Shown here in pieces: positions 58,385 through 64,000 of a stretch of DNA of 64,000 nt (positions are counted from its first letter, which is position 1; the number at the start of each line of letters is the position of its first letter). The notes under the pieces are model-generated. The model ran no database searches. It was not told where the DNA came from and was given only the letters and a program-made list of their open reading frames with translations. The position numbers were made by a program, and so were the translations under genes. Source of the DNA: an uncultured Bdellovibrionales bacterium (GTDB lineage Bacteria > Patescibacteriota > Minisyncoccia > Moranbacterales > UBA1568); assembly GCA_964612055.1 (NCBI GenBank), contig CAZTBI010000001.1, positions 228,824 through 292,823 of the forward strand. Reading direction: 5' to 3'.

Positions 58385-59494
58385 TTACACCTTAAGTGTA
58401 GAATGTTTGGATATATTAAGCAATATTCCCACCGCTGCCAAAAGTACTGCCAGAGAGGTGCCTCCGTAGCTAATGAACGGGAGCGGGATACCAGTCAGAG
58501 GAATCAAGCCGGTAATAGCTGAGATATTGATAAAGGCTTGAAAAACGATCCAGGAAACGATGCCGACGGCGAGGAGTCGGCCAAATTCATCTGGGGCTCG
58601 AAGCGCAATTCGGACTCCGCGCCAAGCGAGAAAAAGGAAAAGACCGACCACTACTGTTGCCCCGACCATACCCAGCTCCTCACCTAAAACAGCAAAAATA
58701 GAATCTGTCACTGGCTCAGGAAGATAGTTAAATTTCTGACGACTCTGCCCGAGGCCAACACCAAATATTCCTCCGGAACCAATCGCAAGGAGCGCCTGCG
58801 TCATCTGATAACCGAAACCCATCGGGTCATGATCTGGATTCATAAAAACAAGGAAGCGCTGCATGCGATAGGGCGCTATCTTAATCAGGATAAAAAGTGC
58901 GAACAGTCCACCCGCAAAAAGAGAGAAGATATGGACAATACTCGCTCCGGAGGCGAAAAAGATGGCCAGGGAAATAAGGAAAATAAGTCCAAGCGTTCCA
59001 GTATCAGGCTGCTTGATAATGAGGAATCCCACCACGGAAAGAAGCGCCAGGAATGGAACCAATCCTTCAAAAAAGTCTGAGGTCTTGGCTCGGCCTTTGC
59101 TCGAGAGCCAGGCTGAGAGGTAAAGGATGATGGCAAACTTCATAACCTCCGACGGCTGGAAGGAAAGCGGCCCGAGCTCTACCCAACGAGCAGCGCCGTA
59201 CACTGTCGTCCCGAATCCAGGAATAAAGACCAGGACCAAGAGCACAATGGCCACAATAAAAATTGGCACGACAAAACGCTGCCAAATATGGTAATCAATC
59301 TTCTGAAGAATGTAGAGAAAAAGCAGTCCCACTCCCAACCCAAAGAGTTGTTGTTTCAAAAAGTAGTAATCATCACCAAAACGCACCCGCCCGTAAACGA
59401 CACCGGCACTGGCAATCATAATAAGGCCGATGCCAAGTAACGTGAGGAGGGTGAAAAAGAGCGTCCGATCAAAATGACTTTCGTTTCCTTTCAT
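58385..59494 (-). CDS. ftsW: SEDS peptidoglycan polymerase FtsW
   Basis: GAARW, FQPSE, QPD.G, LPEPVTDSIF, LPFISYGGTS; upstream of murG. Confidence 0.93.
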   Translation of the reverse strand: MKGNESHFDRTLFFTLLTLLGIGLIMIASAGVVYGRVRFGDDYYFLKQQLFGLGVGLLFLYILQKIDYHIWQRFVVPIFIVAIVLLVLVFIPGFGTTVYGAARWVELGPLSFQPSEVMKFAIILYLSAWLSSKGRAKTSDFFEGLVPFLALLSVVGFLIIKQPDTGTLGLIFLISLAIFFASGASIVHIFSLFAGGLFALFILIKIAPYRMQRFLVFMNPDHDPMGFGYQMTQALLAIGSGGIFGVGLGQSRQKFNYLPEPVTDSIFAVLGEELGMVGATVVVGLFLFLAWRGVRIALRAPDEFGRLLAVGIVSWIVFQAFINISAITGLIPLTGIPLPFISYGGTSLAVLLAAVGILLNISKHSTLKV

Positions 59495-59516
59495 GATAAT
59501 CTCGAAACTGTTTGTT

Positions 59517-60182
59517 TTAAGCTGTAGAATGTTTCTTTTCTGACATCTCTTTACGCCACTTTTCGATCTCGGCATGATGACCCGAGAGAAGTATTTCTGG
59601 TACGCGCTTCCCCTGCCAGACTTCCGGCTTCGTATACTGAGGATATTCGAGTGTTCCAGGGACCGAATGCGATTCCGTCTCAGCACTTTCGGCATTCCCG
59701 AGTACTCCCGGTACTAGCCGAGAGACCGCATCTACGACGATCATGGCTGGAATTTCTCCGCCGGTCAGGACGTATTCGCCAATGGAGAGTTCTTCATCTA
59801 CCAAGTGTTCTGCTACCCGCTCATCCACCCCCTCATAACGGCCACAAAGAAGGATCAGTCGTTCATGCGCCGCCAAACGCTTGGCATCCTCTTGGGTGAA
59901 CACCTTCCCCTTGGCAGAAAAGAGAATGGTGCGAGTATTTTTTTCCGGCGTCAGAGCCTTCACGTGTTCCAATGCTTCAGCAATCGGCTCGACTTTGAGC
60001 ACCATGCCAGCCCCGCCACCATACGGGGTATCATCCACTGTTTTGTGCTTATCGTGAGCAAAGTCACGAAGCTTATGAGTCACTATTTCGATGAGATTAT
60101 TTTCTTGTGCGCGCTTCAAAATAGACACGTCAAAATACGCTGCAAAGCTTTCTGGAAACAGGGAAATAATATCAAAACGCAT
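59517..60182 (-). CDS. trmD: tRNA (guanine37-N1)-methyltransferase
   Basis: [33 protein letters not shown]. Confidence 0.97.
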   Translation of the reverse strand: MRFDIISLFPESFAAYFDVSILKRAQENNLIEIVTHKLRDFAHDKHKTVDDTPYGGGAGMVLKVEPIAEALEHVKALTPEKNTRTILFSAKGKVFTQEDAKRLAAHERLILLCGRYEGVDERVAEHLVDEELSIGEYVLTGGEIPAMIVVDAVSRLVPGVLGNAESAETESHSVPGTLEYPQYTKPEVWQGKRVPEILLSGHHAEIEKWRKEMSEKKHSTA

Positions 60183-60282
60183 AGGGTTGCAATGCTTGAT
60201 TTTCACTCATTTTAGCATAGAAAAAGAAAAAAGGCCGCAGAAGTGTTGCTTCTCAGCCTTCCATACGACTCTTATCGAGCTT

Positions 60283-60747
60283 TCATTCCCAACGGTCGCT
60301 TTCGTACACCCCCTCGGTCGCTACCACTAAGAAAGGCTGTGCTCTTTCGGATTCCCGTACTCCATCCTTCGGTTCGGTACTGTGCATCGCCCAGCACCGA
60401 TCCAAGTCGCGCTTGTACCACCAATGCATCACTTTGTAGAGCACGAGGAGCAAGATGAGTTCAATGAACCACGCCCCCATCAGAACCTCCACCGGGAGCT
60501 CTCCGCGCAAGAAGAACTTGATCAAGAGAGCGTTCACGATGAGCGTCGCCACAGCCCGCAGGAAGCCCCAGACATGGAACTGGGGCTGGATCATGCTCGG
60601 CCGGAAACACTTCTTTGCCCCATGGAACTTGCCTTGAACCGTGGCGCGGTCGTAGCCGTCCACGCCGCACATACCCCAGGCCAGCACAGAGAGCAGGAAG
60701 CTGATCGCTCCCGAAACATAAACATGCAAGACAATCTGATCATTCAC
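60283..60747 (-). CDS. Hypothetical membrane protein (orphan)
   Basis: AAGGAG SD before GTG 60747; three hydrophobic segments. Confidence 0.6.
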   Translation of the reverse strand: MNDQIVLHVYVSGAISFLLSVLAWGMCGVDGYDRATVQGKFHGAKKCFRPSMIQPQFHVWGFLRAVATLIVNALLIKFFLRGELPVEVLMGAWFIELILLLVLYKVMHWWYKRDLDRCWAMHSTEPKDGVRESERAQPFLVVATEGVYESDRWE

Positions 60748-60914
60748 GTCTCTCTCCTTGCGCCAAAGCGCTTTTTGGTTGAACGATACGCCAGTTGGCG
60801 TGATGAAAGGTACACTGCCAGTAAACCGACAGGAGACGAGGGGCATCAGGGCACATGCAGGATACCCCTTTTCTCCTGCCACGAAGCGGAACGCTTCGTG
60901 AGGGAGGAGCTTCT

Positions 60915-62288
60915 TTACTCGACGTCACTCAAAACCGTATTTCTATTGAGCACAAATTCTTTTTCTTCCTTGGTGCCATCAGTCTTGATAATAGTTACCT
61001 TGACTGGTACATCGTTCAGTCCTGGTTGCTTCTCGACTTTCAAATCATACCAGGTACGTTCGATATCCTTCGGCAATGTATAACGGAATACCACGGTCTT
61101 CTCAGTGCCAAGCGGGACATGTACCAAAACACCAAAATATTTTTTGTTCAGAAATTGTCCGAATGCCTTAGGCAAAGATGTATTGCCAGTCACTTCCGTC
61201 AGGAAGCTTCCTTCGGGAACATAGACGCGCAGAAAGGTCTGATAATCCTTGGTCAGCCAACTTTTTTCCTTGGCCGTATGCTTATACGTTACGGCAAGTA
61301 CAGCCTCCGGCGTTTCCTTGGAAAGATCAATCGTATAACTATAGGAACGCTTCATGAAGTAATCACTCTTGAAAGAGTTCAGGTTAGCGTCTACTAACAA
61401 GAGATAATCATCTTTCCACGTACCGTCAAGTCGACCATCCCATCCGGAGGCCATGACTTGATCCTGAAGAGCTGGGTCTTTGAAAGAAAGCTGTACGTCC
61501 TTGCGATGCAGATCATCCAGAACTACCTTGAACAATTCATACTTCTGTGTCAGCGACAAGCCTTTCACACGGTGCAGGATCTCCAGCCCGAGAATACCCA
61601 TCACCGACTTACGTTCACCAAACTCTATACCCTGCTTGAGATAGCCCTGCTCCACTTGATATTCGAGATCAAGGATAGCGTTGTCCGCGCCATAGGTACC
61701 AGGGAAACCATCGATTTCAATCGGACCGGTGATACGAAGAAATGATGTCAGCACATTCGCCGTCACTCCAACTACGCCATCGAACTGTTCCTGCCCCTGT
61801 CCCATGTGGTAGAAATCCTCCGCCCACTTAGCATTCTCTGAAAAATCAGGTGAATAGTTGGAGTCACGAAATTTCCAGGAAGGAATATTAAGTGTCTCCT
61901 TCATCGGATACGGTGGCGCTATCGTGTCAGGAATACGGCCGTCAAAGTTGCCCGTGTCATGGACAGCAAAGTGAGTAATATTACCATCACGCACTTTCAA
62001 GATACCGAACGACCCAATAAATCCCCCACCCGGGCGAAGTTCCAAATTATTCTGGAATAAGATAAGAAAAATCTTCTCTGCTCCATTGGTATCAAGGAGT
62101 GAATCAGCCAGCGAAATAACCGTATCGAGATCCGTTTTCAATTCCTCCTTTACAGGAAGCAAGCCCAAGAGACGCTTCAAACTCTCAAGTCCATGGGTCT
62201 TCACCTGCCAAAACACGAACCAACCGGAAAGAAAAATAATCGCGACGGTAACGAACGTGAACCAAAATTTCTTCGAATGTTGTTTCAT
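60915..62288 (-). CDS. DUF4012 domain protein
   Basis: LILFQNNLELRPGGGFIGS, RDSNYSPDF. Confidence 0.88.
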   Translation of the reverse strand: MKQHSKKFWFTFVTVAIIFLSGWFVFWQVKTHGLESLKRLLGLLPVKEELKTDLDTVISLADSLLDTNGAEKIFLILFQNNLELRPGGGFIGSFGILKVRDGNITHFAVHDTGNFDGRIPDTIAPPYPMKETLNIPSWKFRDSNYSPDFSENAKWAEDFYHMGQGQEQFDGVVGVTANVLTSFLRITGPIEIDGFPGTYGADNAILDLEYQVEQGYLKQGIEFGERKSVMGILGLEILHRVKGLSLTQKYELFKVVLDDLHRKDVQLSFKDPALQDQVMASGWDGRLDGTWKDDYLLLVDANLNSFKSDYFMKRSYSYTIDLSKETPEAVLAVTYKHTAKEKSWLTKDYQTFLRVYVPEGSFLTEVTGNTSLPKAFGQFLNKKYFGVLVHVPLGTEKTVVFRYTLPKDIERTWYDLKVEKQPGLNDVPVKVTIIKTDGTKEEKEFVLNRNTVLSDVE

Positions 62289-62300
62289 AAAAGTTCTTTA

Positions 62301-63344
62301 TTACTTCCCGCCAGATAAAAGTTCGTTTAAACGACGTTTGTATTCTTCTACCGTCGGTTCTTCATGCTTCACCGGAACCTCTTCTTTGACTACTTCTTCC
62401 GAAGCGACCGCTTCCGGAAAGATCTCCACGACCTCAATCTCAGGAACCTCCTCTTCCTCCCGCAACATTCCCTGCGGCAACTCTTCGTATGTTTCTTCAA
62501 ACTGAAACGGCAGATCCTCGACATCCATACCTGGAAGCAAACGTTCATCCGAAACAACCTCAGGGCGTGAGACTTCCTGCGATTTATCCGACTCTACCAC
62601 AGTCTCCCTTGATTCCTGTGCCTCATGAGAAGACTCAAAAGCCAGGTTAGTAGGACGAGCAGGAACGAATTTCCGTGGATCAATAAAAGGGACAGCGGCT
62701 CCAACTTCAAACGAAGGGGCGATGGCTACTTTGCGCTCGCCGAACAAAAGCGGCACAACGGACAGTATTCCAAAGAAAAAGGCCGTGATACCAAAGGCGC
62801 TCGCGAAACTTACCAATACGTATTGGAGCGGGTCGCGGAGCACGGTCTTCGTGATCGACTCATCGACAACGCGCATGTCGATATCTGTCTTGATATTATA
62901 ATAGAAAGAAGCTACCGCAAAGAGTGCCTTGGTCGTTTCTTCAGAAAGAAGCTTGGCTTTTTCTGCTCTGTCCTGTCTGGCAGTAATGATGAGCACACCG
63001 CTTTTGTCACTCCGTTTCACACTCACCGTCTCATTCCACAGCTCCTTGCGCTTGTCCTGGGAATAACCCTGAAAATCATCATCAATCAAGTCGCTCCCTT
63101 CAAGGACTCGATCATAAAACGAAAGGTTCTTGGAAAGTTCCGCGAAATTCTCTACCACTTGATCAGCAGCCACATTCGAAGACTTTCCAATCACCAGTAC
63201 CCGCACCTCCGACTCATAAGCCCGAAAAGAATCCAACCAAAACAGAAGTGCTGCCAAAGTCACGAAAAAAAGAGTCACCGCAAAAGAGCGCTGCCAGGTA
63301 CTATAAAGGATAGAATTTTTCTTATTTGCTGCGGAAAGAGACAT
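62301..63344 (-). CDS. Wzz/YveK-like two-TM protein with acidic tail
   Basis: TM-YESEVRVLV-loop-TM topology next to a glycosyltransferase. Confidence 0.6.
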   Translation of the reverse strand: MSLSAANKKNSILYSTWQRSFAVTLFFVTLAALLFWLDSFRAYESEVRVLVIGKSSNVAADQVVENFAELSKNLSFYDRVLEGSDLIDDDFQGYSQDKRKELWNETVSVKRSDKSGVLIITARQDRAEKAKLLSEETTKALFAVASFYYNIKTDIDMRVVDESITKTVLRDPLQYVLVSFASAFGITAFFFGILSVVPLLFGERKVAIAPSFEVGAAVPFIDPRKFVPARPTNLAFESSHEAQESRETVVESDKSQEVSRPEVVSDERLLPGMDVEDLPFQFEETYEELPQGMLREEEEVPEIEVVEIFPEAVASEEVVKEEVPVKHEEPTVEEYKRRLNELLSGGK

Positions 63345-64000
63345 AGTGTTCCTTGAGATTTTGACTGAGTACGTCCTGATACACTTCGAGAGTCTTTTTG
63401 GCGATAGCGTCCCAGCTATAGTGCTCGCGCACCCGTTCCTGAGCTGCCTTGCCCAGCGCCTCGACTTCGTCACTTCTATTGATGAAATACGCCAATTCCT
63501 TTTTCAATCCATCAACATCCTTGACCGGGAAAAAGGCTCCAGTATTGGCTACAGCCTCTTTGTGCGCCTCGATATCACTCACCACCGGCAAGAGTCCATG
63601 ACCCATCGCTTCAAGCAACGCAAGCGACAGACCCTCCTGCTCGGAAGGCTGAACATACAGGTACGCGTGCGAGTACAGAGTCTCGAGCGCCTTGCCCGTC
63701 TGTTCTCCCACCAAAAGAATGTTGGAGCGACCCTCGGCCAAATGCTTCAGGAACGCTTCATACTCTTCCGTGTTTGCCTGCGAACCGACGATCACCAGCT
63801 TGAAGTTATTCGGAATCCGGTTGGTATCTTCCAGCTCCTTGAAAGCCTTGATAAGATAGTGTGTCCCTTTGTGTGGTACCAAGCGATGCACCGCCAAAAG
63901 ATAGCGCTTGGAACGAAGTCCAAACTCTGCAAGAGCACGGGTATCTTTTTCAAAGGCTACTTCGGCACCACTCGGAATAAACGTGACTGTGCGACCATAC
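63322..64000 (-). CDS. Glycosyltransferase family 4, 5' end outside the window
   Basis: RLVPHKG, PSEQEGLSLALLEAM, YSWDAIA. Confidence 0.9.
   Translation of the reverse strand, partial: YGRTVTFIPSGAEVAFEKDTRALAEFGLRSKRYLLAVHRLVPHKGTHYLIKAFKELEDTNRIPNNFKLVIVGSQANTEEYEAFLKHLAEGRSNILLVGEQTGKALETLYSHAYLYVQPSEQEGLSLALLEAMGHGLLPVVSDIEAHKEAVANTGAFFPVKDVDGLKKELAYFINRSDEVEALGKAAQERVREHYSWDAIAKKTLEVYQDVLSQNLKEHYVSFRSK

Noticed and set aside
1-64000. CRISPR array, integron attC array, rRNA, integrase or transposase
   Set aside because: No regularly spaced repeats and no recognisable cas, intI, IS or rRNA sequence were seen by eye

Overview
Bacterial chromosome segment using the standard code (TGA stop, prfB present). 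Gene content and style point to a small-genome Patescibacteria/CPR (Parcubacteria-like) organism; this is an inference from the short HrcA, short Pgk/AlaS, the FtsA-like + baseplate-J-like pair and DUF4012. The backbone is housekeeping: ftsEX, prfB (+1 frameshift), hrcA-grpE-dnaK with CIRCE, cysS, dnaB, recR, rplU, alaS, eno, pgk, mraY, scpAB, rpmA, pyrG, rplI, secA, murB/C/G, ftsW, trmD, and tRNA-Gln/Thr/Ala. Many small orphan genes are interleaved with it. Main unexplained patterns: (1) A small GIY-YIG nuclease sits between a duplicated 5' half of tRNA-Gln and the intact tRNA. Similar 5'-end scars occur at tRNA-Thr and DUF3467. (2) A family of ~18-30-nt palindromic micro-inserts interrupts these scars and also appears in frame in grpE and dnaK. 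(3) Orphan cassettes carry their own promoter, a boxA-like motif, a strong Shine-Dalgarno (SD) and a terminator, whereas core genes lack SD or look leaderless. (4) Two promoter- and terminator-bounded structured ncRNA candidates, a 129-bp MITE, and an inverted-repeat-flanked segment upstream of alaS. No CRISPR array, rRNA, integrase or transposase was seen. All calls were made by eye with no database searches.
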